Positions 39,285 to 49,624 of a stretch of DNA of 64,000 nucleotides are shown here, piece after piece (position 1 is the stretch's first letter; the number at the start of each line of letters is the position of its first letter). The position numbers and the translations under genes are program-made. Location of the stretch: the NCBI GenBank assembly GCA_964576115.1, contig CAZNUA010000011.1, forward strand, positions 1 through 64,000. The letters run 5' to 3'. Below the pieces are notes generated by a model, which did no database searches, was not told the DNA's origin, and saw only the letters and a program-made list of their open reading frames with translations. This DNA comes from an uncultured Gemmatimonadota bacterium (GTDB taxonomy: Bacteria; Blakebacterota; Blakebacteria; Blakebacterales; Blakebacteraceae).

Positions 39285-39757
39285 CGGCATTCACCGCCCT
39301 GTGGCGGCTCGTGAGAACGGGCCGGAACGACCTCATCAGCCGGCCTGCCGACCAGGACCCGGGAACGGAACAGTTCGAGCGTGACCGGGCCGATTCCCGG
39401 CACCTCGAGCAGGTCGTCGAGGCTCCACGTACCGCTCTGTCGGGCACGCCATTCCATGATCCGGCGCGCCAGAACGGGTCCGATCCCGGGCAGGCTCTCC
39501 AGCTGACCGGCATCCGCCGTGAGCAGATCCACCGGCTCATTGGCAGTGGTTCCGACAATATCATAGACGTCCGGAGCAGCGGTATCGTTCAGGGGGGGTG
39601 CTCCACTGGAATCGGGCGCGAGGCCGCCGCGTTCGATGGTGACGGGGGGCGGCGGCGGTTGCAGCTCGGGTACGCTGTTCCAGATCAGTCCGAGAGCCGC
39701 TCCGGCCACCACCAGCCAGGCCAGCCTCCGTTCGGCAGGGTTGAGTCCCTGCACCAT
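39281..39757 (-). CDS. comEA: ComEA-type helix-hairpin-helix DNA receptor
   Basis: N-terminal TM, LESLPGIGPVLARRI, LLEVPGIGP. Confidence 0.88.
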   Translation of the reverse strand: MVQGLNPAERRLAWLVVAGAALGLIWNSVPELQPPPPPVTIERGGLAPDSSGAPPLNDTAAPDVYDIVGTTANEPVDLLTADAGQLESLPGIGPVLARRIMEWRARQSGTWSLDDLLEVPGIGPVTLELFRSRVLVGRPADEVVPARSHEPPQGGECR

Positions 39758-39813
39758 GGTTCTGTCCCTCCGGGGGGCGGGTATGCGGAAGGCACCGGGG
39801 GCCGGGCGCCCGG

Positions 39814-40815
39814 TCAGCGGTAGAGCACGGCCACCAGGACGGTTCCCACCGCCTCGAGGTTGCCGGCGTCCACCTTGTCATAGGTATCCTCGCGGGTGTG
39901 CCAATAGGGGTAATCGCCCGACACGTCCATGGTGATATCGATGGTGGGGATGCCGGCGTCCCGGTTGAGGATCCAGTGATCGTCGTAGAGAGTGAAACTC
40001 GTCCCGCTGCGGGTGAACTCGTCGATCCCGAGCTCGTCGGCCTTGCTCCAGACCATATCCACGATGTCGGGGGCGTACTGCAGGCTGAATTGCTCGGGGC
40101 GGTAGCGCGCCCCGGCATAGCCCACCAGATCGACCAGGATCGCGAACCACGGTTCGTATCCAATCTGTTGGGCCACCCGGGCGAAGGCCCGGCTGCCCTG
40201 AAACCAGTACTCGAAATCGTAGGTGCCGGGAAGCCCGGTGTCTTCGGCGTCGAAGAGCACGATGTCGACCCCGTAGCGCGGTTCGTTCTCGGCCAGAATG
40301 CGGGCCATCTGCAGCATGATAGCCGTGCCGGCGGCACCGTCCACCGCACCGTCGATAGGCTCATCGACCGGCGGGTTCTCCGCATTGGCCACCGGGCGGG
40401 AGTCGAAGTGGGCGCAGAGCATGATCCGCTGGCGCTTCTCGGGCCAGAAGCCGGCGAAGAGGTTGACCCCTTCAAAGGTCTCTTCCGCGTATGGATTGTA
40501 GCCGTCGAAGGGCTGGCGCTGCACGACCGCCGCCAGCGGAGTGAGAAACTCCTCCATCCAGTCCAGAGTCTGTTGCGAAGCCTCGCTGCCCGGCACACGC
40601 GGACCGAAGTCGGTCTGGGTTTTGACCAGAGCCAGAGCCGCTCGGCCGTCGAACTCGGGCCTGGCGCCGGCGGCGGCTCCCGAGCCGCAACCGGTCGCCG
40701 CGACCATGGCGACGGCTCCCAGCAGGAGCAGCACGCCCGCCCCCGCTGTGAGCGTCCTCGAACCGACATGTCCCGGGGGGACTCTGTCACAATCGCCGGT
40801 GCGTCTTGTCATCAT
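39814..40815 (-). CDS. M28-family lipoprotein, glutaminyl-cyclase-like
   Basis: Lipobox ATGC; FGPRVPGS, AHFDSRP, GAVDGAAG, FDAEDTG, DDH, YWHT; start approximate. Confidence 0.85.
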   Translation of the reverse strand: MMTRRTGDCDRVPPGHVGSRTLTAGAGVLLLLGAVAMVAATGCGSGAAAGARPEFDGRAALALVKTQTDFGPRVPGSEASQQTLDWMEEFLTPLAAVVQRQPFDGYNPYAEETFEGVNLFAGFWPEKRQRIMLCAHFDSRPVANAENPPVDEPIDGAVDGAAGTAIMLQMARILAENEPRYGVDIVLFDAEDTGLPGTYDFEYWFQGSRAFARVAQQIGYEPWFAILVDLVGYAGARYRPEQFSLQYAPDIVDMVWSKADELGIDEFTRSGTSFTLYDDHWILNRDAGIPTIDITMDVSGDYPYWHTREDTYDKVDAGNLEAVGTVLVAVLYR

Positions 40816-40820
40816 CACCA

Positions 40821-43800
40821 CTACCTGAATGTGATGTTCACCCAGATGGCCACTTCGCGCACTTTGCGCGTCCGGTCCATCAGGCGGTCCTGGATGTCCT
40901 CGAACCGCATCTCGAGACCTCCCTCGATGATCCGGCTGAAAGTATACCCTACCCGCGGGCGCAGCGACCATGTCGCCGTGGAGACGGTCGGCACGTAGTC
41001 GCGCCAGATCAGGCGCTGCCCCTTGCTGGCTGCGATGTCCAGGACACCGACTTCCGTCAGATCTTCACGCCGCGAGATTCCCAGACGCAATTCGGCTTCG
41101 CTGGGGATGCGCAGCGGTTTGCGGAAGAAGGGCAGCTTGATTCCCTCGGGAGCCGAAAAGCGATAGGAGATATCCACCGAGAAGTCGGCGTTCCGGGTTC
41201 GGGTCCGGCTCAGGGCGGTCCCGAACTGCTTGCGCAGCGAGACGGTGCGGTTACGCCCCACCGTCAACCCGATCCCGTTCAGAAAGACGAGCTGCACCGA
41301 ATAGAACGGTTGGTGCATGCGCGTACTGCTGGTCGAGTACTTCTCCCGCAGTCCCCGCTCGCCGTCACCGGCATCGGTCAGACGGTCGACCCGGTCACGC
41401 ATGCGCCGAAAGCTGGTCGTGATGAAAAAGGTCGAGGTCAGGTCGGGAAAAACCCAGAGTCCCTGCAGCCCCTGGAACCGCAGGGTGTAGTTGGGCCACG
41501 TCCGGCTCGTCTGAAAGGTGGAACGCGACTCGCTGAGCTGATCGATCCACCGCCACTGCGGATTGACATCGAAAAAGGTCTGCAACGGCAGGCTGATCCC
41601 GGTCCGCACGTCGATCCGGCGGTTGGAGAGCACGGTCGACTGCTGGGTGGCCACCACGGCCGAACGCGCCACATCCGGATCGCTGCGCAGACCCAGCTGA
41701 TAGATGAGTGAAGGACGCGAGAGCAGGTTGTACTGCTGGCCGGTCCTTTCGGAGCTGAGGTTGATGATGACCGGGGTGATCCGCCCGGCCAGCTTGCGCA
41801 GATCGTTGATCAGGCGTTTCAGTCCGGTGGCATCGGGCAGGTCACGGGGCGAGCCCAGGACCTGAACGGGCAGCAGGGTGAAACCGGCGGTGGCCTCGGC
41901 GACCGTATCGGCATTGCGGCCGATCTTGATCAGCTCACCGGTGTTGGGATCAAGGCGGGTGGTGAAACGCGGATCGTTGTTCTCGCGGTAATCGGCAGCG
42001 TAGGTATACCGCTGGGTCAGCCAGGGAATGAACTCGGGATCCCAGGTCAGGTTGAAAAGCTGCCGCCGCCGGACTTCCCGTCCCAGGTTGAACTCGGCGG
42101 GTTTCCAGTCCATCGGCAGGTCGCGGTTCATCGTCAGCGTATAGGTGCCGCGCAACGGCGGAGCCGGGTGCAGGCCCAGGTTCCAGGTTTCGACTGCGGT
42201 CCAGGCGTTGCGCAGCCGGAGAGTGCCGGTTCGGTCGGCGACTTTTTCACCCAGTTTGACCATGTCGAGGCCGTAGGAGAGCTGGGTGGGAACAGCATTG
42301 AAATTGAAATTCCGGATAAAGCGCGGCAGCAGGATGAGGTAGCGGAAAGGGTAGAAGGCTCGTTCGGGCACCTGGTCGCGGGTCGACCAGAGGTTCCAGC
42401 CGAAGGTGCCCTGGACCTGGTAGGAATCGTTGACGGGATTGAGAGGACTGCGTCCCGAGCGCCGGCTTCCCGTGAGGGCGATCGTGGACCGATCGAGGGT
42501 CCAGCGCAGCACCCCGCTTTCGCTCGGCAGCGTCTTGCGCAACGAGAGACGCAGGCTTTGATCGCTCTGTTCGGTCCGGTAGAGTTCGCGCTCTCCTTCG
42601 GGCAGGATCCGGTCGGATCCGGGCTGGTATTTGGGCAGACTCAGGTTCGTGCGCGAGGTCAGAACCAGAGGCAACTGCAGTCCCCACTGCTCGGGCAGAA
42701 AGCGGTCCAGCCCGAGGTTGAACTGCAGGTTGCTGCTGGTGGTCGTGCTCAGGGTACCGCGTTTTTCTCGCAGACCATGGAAATCGGCCGTGCGCCGGCT
42801 CATCCGGTAATCGAAGATCCCCACATCGGCCAACTGGCTGCGCACGGCCAGGCGGGCCGCCGTGCCCTGATCGCGGCGCACGTCGATGACCCGTAGTTCG
42901 TCGGCCCAGATCTCGCCGTCGATCGGCAGCGTCTCGTGAAGGTTGGCCACCCCGATCGCCATGCGCCGGATATTGGTGAGCGAGGGGCGCCCCCGCACCC
43001 GGTAGTGCCCGGCGCTGGTATCGGGCACCCCACCCCGGGTGCCCCAACGAGCCAGCAGCGCTTCCTTGAGCGAGGTGATCTCGGCGAAGTCGACCTCGAC
43101 GTGATTGCGTTCGTCCCAGCCCGGATAGACCCGGGTGCGATACTCGTAGAAGTTGTTCTCGTCGGCGCCGAAACGCAGAAAGGTTTCAATCACGCTGGTA
43201 TCGGGATCGGCGATCCAGCTCCCGGCCGGCCGGCCGTGCAGGAACATGCGCAGGCTCTGATACAGAGTCAGATCCTCGGCCTTGGTCAGAGCATGGAAGA
43301 TCTCTCCCTCCACTCCCGGCGGCAGTTGCGTGAACTCGACCGCCAGCGACTGCTCCTTGCCGAGCAGGTTGGTGATCCGGTCGCGTATGGCTCCGACCCC
43401 CGGGGGGGGACTGTACTCGCCGATATTGTCGAAGGTGTTGCGCACGCTGGCCCGGACCGTCTCGGGTGGCAGGGTTGTGCCGTCGACCTCGATCGGCCGT
43501 TCCTTCCAGTTGTTGCCCACGATCTCGATGGTGGCGATCGAGACATCGAAGGCGGTGGTGTCGGGCGGCGCGGTGAGCCAGACCCGCACGCTCTGGACCA
43601 GGGAAAGGTCGGGTGTGCCCGTACTGGCGGCGATATCCGTCAGCGGTATCCGGTAGAGACGCCACGAATCGGGCTCGCTCCAGTTGCCGCGGTCGACATC
43701 CCCCCCGGCGACGTAGATGCTGTCGGCCGACTCCGGACCCAGGTCCACGACATACGATACATAGTTGTTGGTCCGGTCGAGATAGCCGTTGCGGTTGATG

Positions 43801-46800
43801 TCTTCGCTATCGGGCTTGCCGAGACGGTCGGGGTCGAGCTGGGAGCCCTCGGTCCCGTTGACCCGGGTATAGGTGTCGGGATTGGTATAGCGCCAGTTAT
43901 CGTGGCTGGGGTCGTCGGGAGTGCGGAAACCGTACCACCTCTGGTCGGCATACAGCTCGGAGAAGCGGGCCTGTTTCCCTTCCAGGTCCGGGTACAGAGA
44001 GGGATCGTCCCCGGCGTGGATGAGGTAGTAGTTGAGCTCCTCCTCATCGCTCAGACCGTCCAGCCCGATGTCCTCGCCTTCATCCATCACGCCGTTGCGC
44101 ACGCCGTTGCGGAGTACATCCTCGCTGTTGAGCTGCCCGTTGCTGTCGGTGTCTTCGCTGATGGTTCCCATGTCGACGTGCAGTTCGCCCCGATCGCCCC
44201 GAACCCAGAGTTCGAGATAAGAGAACTGGGTCAGATCGGAAGCCCCCGCGGCCACGGCCTGCTGCACGCCGTTCCAGCGGCGATTCAGCGACGTGGTGTT
44301 CCAGTCATACGCCCCCGCCGGCCAGGGCTGAGGCTGGTTGGGAATCATGAACAGGGTCAGCACGTTGACCCGATCGCTGCGCAGGTCGGTTTCCTTGCCC
44401 GGCCAGATATCGCGGCTGGCCACCCGCCGGTAGGGATTGAACCAGAGCAGGCGGGCTCTCTCCTCGGCGGAGCGTTCCGACGGGACCGCCGCCGGCGACC
44501 ATCGCCCGCGGCCGATGCCGTACCCGGTACTGTTCTTGACCCCCTCGAAATCATCCACCAGGGCATCGTTCCGGGTGTTCGGGTTGGGTGAAGAGCGGGC
44601 GTACTCGGCCTCGATGTTCAGCGTCGAGGGGGCCTCGGTCTCGATCCCGGGCAGAGCGTCCACGGCCCGGGTCAGCCAGCGCGGTTCGAAGGCGAGCACG
44701 GCGGCGGCATCCCACACCAGGGTCCGGTTGGGTTCCCGTCCGAGCCGGATGCGCTGATCCATGGTCCGCTCCCCGCGGCTCAGGACGATCCCCGAGATCG
44801 TACCGTACGGTCCCAGGCTGTATTCGGCCCGCGCCCCGAGCAGGGTCTTCTGCTCGAGCTGGATCAGGGGGCTGTACTCGTAGTCGACCTTGACGTCGGC
44901 GGTGGGATCCTGGATGTCCTCGGTCAGGAAGGTGAGTTCGCCGGTGAGGTAGTTGATCCGATAATCGGTACCCCGCTGCAGGCGCCGGCCATTGAGGGTG
45001 ACCGACTCGCTCCCCTCAAGGATGTTGGTGGCGGGCAGGGTGTAGGTGACCGAGCGGGTGGCGATCTCGACCAGGAGATAATAGCGCGACTCCCGGGTGA
45101 GTTTGGCCCGGTCGATCGTGTCATACATCTCTACCGTCCGGTCTTCCACGTTGGCGGGGTCAGCCGGATCGCTGGCCAGTTCGGCCTTCATGAAAGGTTC
45201 GAGAGCGGGGAAGATCAATTCCCCCCGGGCCAGGTTGACGTAGTTCTCGTTCAGATCGATGTTCCCGTCCGGAGGCGTACCCGGCACCTCCCCCCACTCG
45301 TCGAGCCCGAAAATTTCGAGGTAGTCGGTTCCCTCCAGGGTATACTCGTCTTCCCCCGAAGGGGTGTCATAGAAGATCCTGAGCTTGAAACCCCCGGCAG
45401 GGATGTTCCGGGCACCCAGGTAATAGACATTGCGGAACTCGTAGTCCCAGGTGGAGTCGGTGGGACGGGGATCCTGCGGTTTGATGAGCTTCATGACCAG
45501 CGTGGCATCGTCCTCGGTCGGACGCTGGCCGAAGGTCTGTCCCTGCTGGGTTTCATACACCACCCCGAGAACCTCTTTCGGCCCCAGACTCCGGTTCAGA
45601 GCGATGAATCCCCCCGCCCGGTTGATGTAGTACTCCCCCGGATCGAGCTCGTGGAACGATCCCAGGTGAGCATCGCGGGAGTCGGTCGAGGCGGGATTGT
45701 CCGGATCGAAATAGGCCACCGAATTCTCGAGGGCCGATTTCTCGGCATCGTTGTCGTACTGCTGGTCGTCCACGAAGACGTGGATCGACACGATCGAATC
45801 GGGTGAAGCGTATATCCGGTCTTCGAAGCGGTCGCGGTAGACGTAATCGAGGAAGTAATACGTTCCGAGCAGGGGCTCGATCTCGGGCCGGCGCACTTCG
45901 GTCTGCCGCGCTCCGGCCTGGAAGGTGGCCTTCTCGCCCGAGCCCTTCTCCTGGCTGGCCAGCGCCGTGAAGGTCAGCGGTCCCAGCCGGGCCACTCCCT
46001 TGACCCCGAAGAGCCCGCTCGCCCCCTGACTGCTGAAGCCCACGAATTGCGAACCGGTCAGGTTGAAGGTGGTGTTCCCCGCCACCAGCTCCTGCAGGAT
46101 CTCGTCATCATACCCGCGGTAGGCGATATTGATCGAGTTCTCGAGGTCGGTCAGGGCCCGGGTATCCTGCTCGACCGAGACCTCGACCTTGTCCCCGACA
46201 TTGCCGATGATCGCGAAGCGGGACTCCTGCTCCATGTTCAGATCGGGAAAGCGGCTCTGGTAAGCGGTCGCGGTCGAAACCGCCCCTTCGGTCCACTCGC
46301 TCTTGCCGCTGAAACGGATGTTCCGGTTCCCGGTGACCCGCAATCCCGCCCCTCCCTCACCGACCACCCTCTCGAGACCGCGGGGGACGGTGATCGGGAT
46401 CTCGAACTCGAGCAGGCTGCGGCGCTCCTCCTCTTCATCCCGCGCGGCCTGGAACCGCGCCCGCAGCAGCCGCCGGGCCTGATCGCGCCGGACCGCCTGC
46501 AGATACTCCTGGAAACCCAGCACGGTCGGGCGCCTGATCTCGATTTCCCCCACCAGAGTCTGGAAACGGATGGTGCTGTGGCCGGGCTCGACCTGGACCT
46601 GCTGGCGCATGCCCGGCAGGGCCCCCGATTCGAAGACCCCGCGATCCCGCAGACCGCGCATACCAGCGCCGCCGGGAACCCGGGGGCGGGTCAGGTTGTC
46701 ATATACACCAACCAGGAGGTATTCGCGAACCCCGAGCCGCGGGCGCACCTGGCCGGGATCCTGAAAGGCCCGGACCTCACCCAGGGGGTGGGAACCGAGG

Positions 46801-46850
46801 CAGAACAGGATCGCGACAGCGGCACCGGTGCGGACGGGAACGGAAGCCAC
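40821..46850 (-). CDS. sprA: Type IX secretion translocon SprA-like protein (2009 aa)
   Basis: YRGYDDEILQELVAGN, GLFGVK, WDYEFRNVY, NGRRLQRGTDYRINY, DDFEG, DMGTISED, DIGLDG, PDSEDINRNG, WRLYRIPL, EIWADELR. Confidence 0.9.
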   Translation of the reverse strand: MASVPVRTGAAVAILFCLGSHPLGEVRAFQDPGQVRPRLGVREYLLVGVYDNLTRPRVPGGAGMRGLRDRGVFESGALPGMRQQVQVEPGHSTIRFQTLVGEIEIRRPTVLGFQEYLQAVRRDQARRLLRARFQAARDEEEERRSLLEFEIPITVPRGLERVVGEGGAGLRVTGNRNIRFSGKSEWTEGAVSTATAYQSRFPDLNMEQESRFAIIGNVGDKVEVSVEQDTRALTDLENSINIAYRGYDDEILQELVAGNTTFNLTGSQFVGFSSQGASGLFGVKGVARLGPLTFTALASQEKGSGEKATFQAGARQTEVRRPEIEPLLGTYYFLDYVYRDRFEDRIYASPDSIVSIHVFVDDQQYDNDAEKSALENSVAYFDPDNPASTDSRDAHLGSFHELDPGEYYINRAGGFIALNRSLGPKEVLGVVYETQQGQTFGQRPTEDDATLVMKLIKPQDPRPTDSTWDYEFRNVYYLGARNIPAGGFKLRIFYDTPSGEDEYTLEGTDYLEIFGLDEWGEVPGTPPDGNIDLNENYVNLARGELIFPALEPFMKAELASDPADPANVEDRTVEMYDTIDRAKLTRESRYYLLVEIATRSVTYTLPATNILEGSESVTLNGRRLQRGTDYRINYLTGELTFLTEDIQDPTADVKVDYEYSPLIQLEQKTLLGARAEYSLGPYGTISGIVLSRGERTMDQRIRLGREPNRTLVWDAAAVLAFEPRWLTRAVDALPGIETEAPSTLNIEAEYARSSPNPNTRNDALVDDFEGVKNSTGYGIGRGRWSPAAVPSERSAEERARLLWFNPYRRVASRDIWPGKETDLRSDRVNVLTLFMIPNQPQPWPAGAYDWNTTSLNRRWNGVQQAVAAGASDLTQFSYLELWVRGDRGELHVDMGTISEDTDSNGQLNSEDVLRNGVRNGVMDEGEDIGLDGLSDEEELNYYLIHAGDDPSLYPDLEGKQARFSELYADQRWYGFRTPDDPSHDNWRYTNPDTYTRVNGTEGSQLDPDRLGKPDSEDINRNGYLDRTNNYVSYVVDLGPESADSIYVAGGDVDRGNWSEPDSWRLYRIPLTDIAASTGTPDLSLVQSVRVWLTAPPDTTAFDVSIATIEIVGNNWKERPIEVDGTTLPPETVRASVRNTFDNIGEYSPPPGVGAIRDRITNLLGKEQSLAVEFTQLPPGVEGEIFHALTKAEDLTLYQSLRMFLHGRPAGSWIADPDTSVIETFLRFGADENNFYEYRTRVYPGWDERNHVEVDFAEITSLKEALLARWGTRGGVPDTSAGHYRVRGRPSLTNIRRMAIGVANLHETLPIDGEIWADELRVIDVRRDQGTAARLAVRSQLADVGIFDYRMSRRTADFHGLREKRGTLSTTTSSNLQFNLGLDRFLPEQWGLQLPLVLTSRTNLSLPKYQPGSDRILPEGERELYRTEQSDQSLRLSLRKTLPSESGVLRWTLDRSTIALTGSRRSGRSPLNPVNDSYQVQGTFGWNLWSTRDQVPERAFYPFRYLILLPRFIRNFNFNAVPTQLSYGLDMVKLGEKVADRTGTLRLRNAWTAVETWNLGLHPAPPLRGTYTLTMNRDLPMDWKPAEFNLGREVRRRQLFNLTWDPEFIPWLTQRYTYAADYRENNDPRFTTRLDPNTGELIKIGRNADTVAEATAGFTLLPVQVLGSPRDLPDATGLKRLINDLRKLAGRITPVIINLSSERTGQQYNLLSRPSLIYQLGLRSDPDVARSAVVATQQSTVLSNRRIDVRTGISLPLQTFFDVNPQWRWIDQLSESRSTFQTSRTWPNYTLRFQGLQGLWVFPDLTSTFFITTSFRRMRDRVDRLTDAGDGERGLREKYSTSSTRMHQPFYSVQLVFLNGIGLTVGRNRTVSLRKQFGTALSRTRTRNADFSVDISYRFSAPEGIKLPFFRKPLRIPSEAELRLGISRREDLTEVGVLDIAASKGQRLIWRDYVPTVSTATWSLRPRVGYTFSRIIEGGLEMRFEDIQDRLMDRTRKVREVAIWVNITFR

Positions 46851-47086
46851 CCGGGATCTCCCTGCGCTCAGGCCCGGATCGGGAGCGCCGATCCTGGCTC
46901 ACCAACGATGTAACGCGCGCAAGAGTCCGGGGTTCACCTCCTGGCGGGAGAAGAAAACTCCCCGTGAGAGTCTGTTCAGTGTACGGTTATACTCTGAGCG
47001 GTAACAAGCGGAAAGAACGGTCCTGCGCGGCCGGGGAAATGACAGGCAGTCACCACCGGCCCGAATCGGGAAGCGAGCAGGCAGCA

Positions 47087-48457
47087 ATGCGGATACTGGC
47101 CCGCTATATCATCCGGGAGCATGTCGGTCCCTTTGTTCTTTCCCTGGTGATTCTGACTCTGCTCTTCCTGATGAACGAGCTCCTCGATATCCTCGATTAT
47201 GTGATCGGCAAGGGGCTCAAAGTAACCATCGTCCTCGAACTCCTGTTCTACAACCTGGCCTGGATGCTGGCCCTGACCGTACCGATGGCCGTGCTCGTCT
47301 CGGTCATGGTCGCTTTCGGACGCCTCTCGACCGATTCGGAGATCACCGCCCTGCGCGCCAGCGGCATCAGTCTGCTGAAGCTCATCATTCCGATCATGAT
47401 CCTGGCCGTGGCGATCTTCATCAGTCAGATCTACTTCAACGACCGGATCCTGCCCGAATTCAACTACCGCACCAAATCGCTGACCTCCGATATCCGCATG
47501 ACCCGCCCCACCGTCGTTCTGGAACCGGGGATTTTCACCGAAACGGTCAGCGGCTACACCCTCTACCTCGGCGGGGTCGAACCGGAATCGAACCGGGTCG
47601 AGGATGTCACCATCATCCAGTATGTCAACTTTCCCGCTCCCGGCCCCCCCCGCATCATCCGGGCTGAATGGGGCGAAATCACTTTCGATGCGGACGATGA
47701 GACCCTCAACCTCGACCTGCGCCGGGGAACAGTGACCGAAGTGCGCCAGGGGCAAACCCGGGTGCAGGACTACCGCCGGCTCAAGACCTTCATCGCCCTG
47801 GAGGGTACCACCCTGCAGCGCAGCGACACCGGCGTGCGGGGCGATCGCGAAATGAGTGTGGCCGCCTTGCGCGCGCGCGCCGCCGAACGCGATTCCAGTT
47901 CGATCCGCTCGGCCCGGCAGCTGGCCGAGCTGCCCGAACCCTACCTGGCCCGGGTTCTGCGGGGCGAAGCGGTCGACCTGCCCGGGGCCGGGCATGCGAC
48001 CGACACACCCCAGCGGGTCCTGCTGACCCACCGCTCGCTGGCCAACAACCTGCGTTCGGCCGACCGCAGCCGGCTCCTGTCCCGACAGCGGAGCAACGGC
48101 GACATGGTCGAAGTCCACAAGAAGTTTTCGATCCCCTTCGCCTGCCTCGTATTCGTGCTCATCGGCGTGCCTCTGGCCCTGATGACCCGCAGCGGAGCCA
48201 TCACCGGTTTCGGGTACGCCCTGGCCTTTTATCTGCTCTACTGGGTATTTCTGATCGTCGGCGAGGAACTCGGCAACCGCGGCATGGTCCGGCCGTGGAT
48301 CTCGATGTGGGCGCCCAACCTGATCGTGGGGGCCGCCGGGGTTCTGCTCATGATCCGGGTCGTCCACGAACAGACCATCTTCAGATGGGAGTCCGTGGCC
48401 CGCCGGATTCCGGGCCCTCCCGGACGCTGGCTGGTCCGCAAACTGCAGGGGCCATGA
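47087..48457 (+). CDS. lptF: LPS export permease LptF
   Basis: RILARYI, FGRLSTDSEITALRASGIS, EVHKKFSIPFAC, WAPN. Confidence 0.9.
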   Translation: MRILARYIIREHVGPFVLSLVILTLLFLMNELLDILDYVIGKGLKVTIVLELLFYNLAWMLALTVPMAVLVSVMVAFGRLSTDSEITALRASGISLLKLIIPIMILAVAIFISQIYFNDRILPEFNYRTKSLTSDIRMTRPTVVLEPGIFTETVSGYTLYLGGVEPESNRVEDVTIIQYVNFPAPGPPRIIRAEWGEITFDADDETLNLDLRRGTVTEVRQGQTRVQDYRRLKTFIALEGTTLQRSDTGVRGDREMSVAALRARAAERDSSSIRSARQLAELPEPYLARVLRGEAVDLPGAGHATDTPQRVLLTHRSLANNLRSADRSRLLSRQRSNGDMVEVHKKFSIPFACLVFVLIGVPLALMTRSGAITGFGYALAFYLLYWVFLIVGEELGNRGMVRPWISMWAPNLIVGAAGVLLMIRVVHEQTIFRWESVARRIPGPPGRWLVRKLQGP

Positions 48458-49533
48458 AGATCCTCGATCGGCATATCGCCCGCACCTTTCTGCTCGTCCT
48501 CGCGGGTTCCATGGTGGCTTTCGTGGCCATCTTCATCATCATGAACCTGACCGAGCAGATGGACCGCTTCATCGACGAGAACGTGCCGGTGCGGGCGGTT
48601 CTGCTCTACTACCTGTATTTCACTCCCTTCATTCTCGTCCTGACCCTGCCGATCGGCATGCTCCTGGCCAGCCTGTCCACCATCGGGGGGCTGGTCCGCT
48701 CCAACGAGCTGACCGCCATCAAGGCCTCGGGGGTGAGTATCTATCGCCCCATCGGGACTTTTACGGTGCTGGCGATCTTCGTGACCGCCTTCAGCTTTCT
48801 GGTCAGCGAACTGATCGTGCCCCGGGCCAACGAACGCATGGAGATGGTCTGGAACCGATATGTAACGAAACAGGGCGCCATCTCCCGGACCGAGACCGTG
48901 AACCGGACCCTCGATCTGGGTTCGGGAACCCTGCTCTTCCTACGCAACTGGGATTCGGCGGCCGCCGCCGGTCAGCATGCCACCCTGTCCTCGAGCGAAG
49001 GCATCAGAATCGAACGGGTGATCCAGGCGGAACGGATACGACATACCGAGGCCGGCCAGTGGCGCCTGGACAATGCCACCATCAGGGAGTGGGTCGACGG
49101 TGCCGAAACCTATATCCACCATGACCGCTGGATCGCCGACCTGCCCGGACTCGATCCCGACGAACTTTCCGCCCGGCACCGCGACCCCGAAGAGATGGGT
49201 TTCAGCGACCTGCTCGAGTTCGTCCGCCGCGGCCGGGAACGGGGCCGCTACATCACCCGGGCCCTGGTCGATCTGCACATGAAGGTCGCCCTGCCCTTTG
49301 CCAACCTGATCATCGTGCTCTTCGGCTCGGCCCTGGCCGCCACCCGCCGCCGGACCGGCCTGGCGGTCGGTTTCACGACCAGCATCATCATCTGCTTCAC
49401 CTACTACGTGGTCATGCGCACCGGACAGGCCTTCGGCTACAACGGCGACCTGCAGCCGATGCTGGCGGCCTGGGCGGGGAATCTGATTTTCGGGGTTTTG
49501 AGCCTGTACTTCCTCTTCCGCGCCCGCTTTTAA
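48454..49533 (+). CDS. lptG: LPS export permease LptG
   Basis: KILDRHI, NELTAIKASGVS, PEEM, AAWAGN; ATGA coupling with lptF. Confidence 0.9.
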   Translation: MKILDRHIARTFLLVLAGSMVAFVAIFIIMNLTEQMDRFIDENVPVRAVLLYYLYFTPFILVLTLPIGMLLASLSTIGGLVRSNELTAIKASGVSIYRPIGTFTVLAIFVTAFSFLVSELIVPRANERMEMVWNRYVTKQGAISRTETVNRTLDLGSGTLLFLRNWDSAAAAGQHATLSSSEGIRIERVIQAERIRHTEAGQWRLDNATIREWVDGAETYIHHDRWIADLPGLDPDELSARHRDPEEMGFSDLLEFVRRGRERGRYITRALVDLHMKVALPFANLIIVLFGSALAATRRRTGLAVGFTTSIIICFTYYVVMRTGQAFGYNGDLQPMLAAWAGNLIFGVLSLYFLFRARF

Positions 49534-49624
49534 CCGAACGGTCTTTCCCCGGCATCTCGGCCGATCTTGAAGATGACATCAATCCATGGGAAGACTGGTG
49601 ATCTCAAACAGTCTGGATGTCCGA

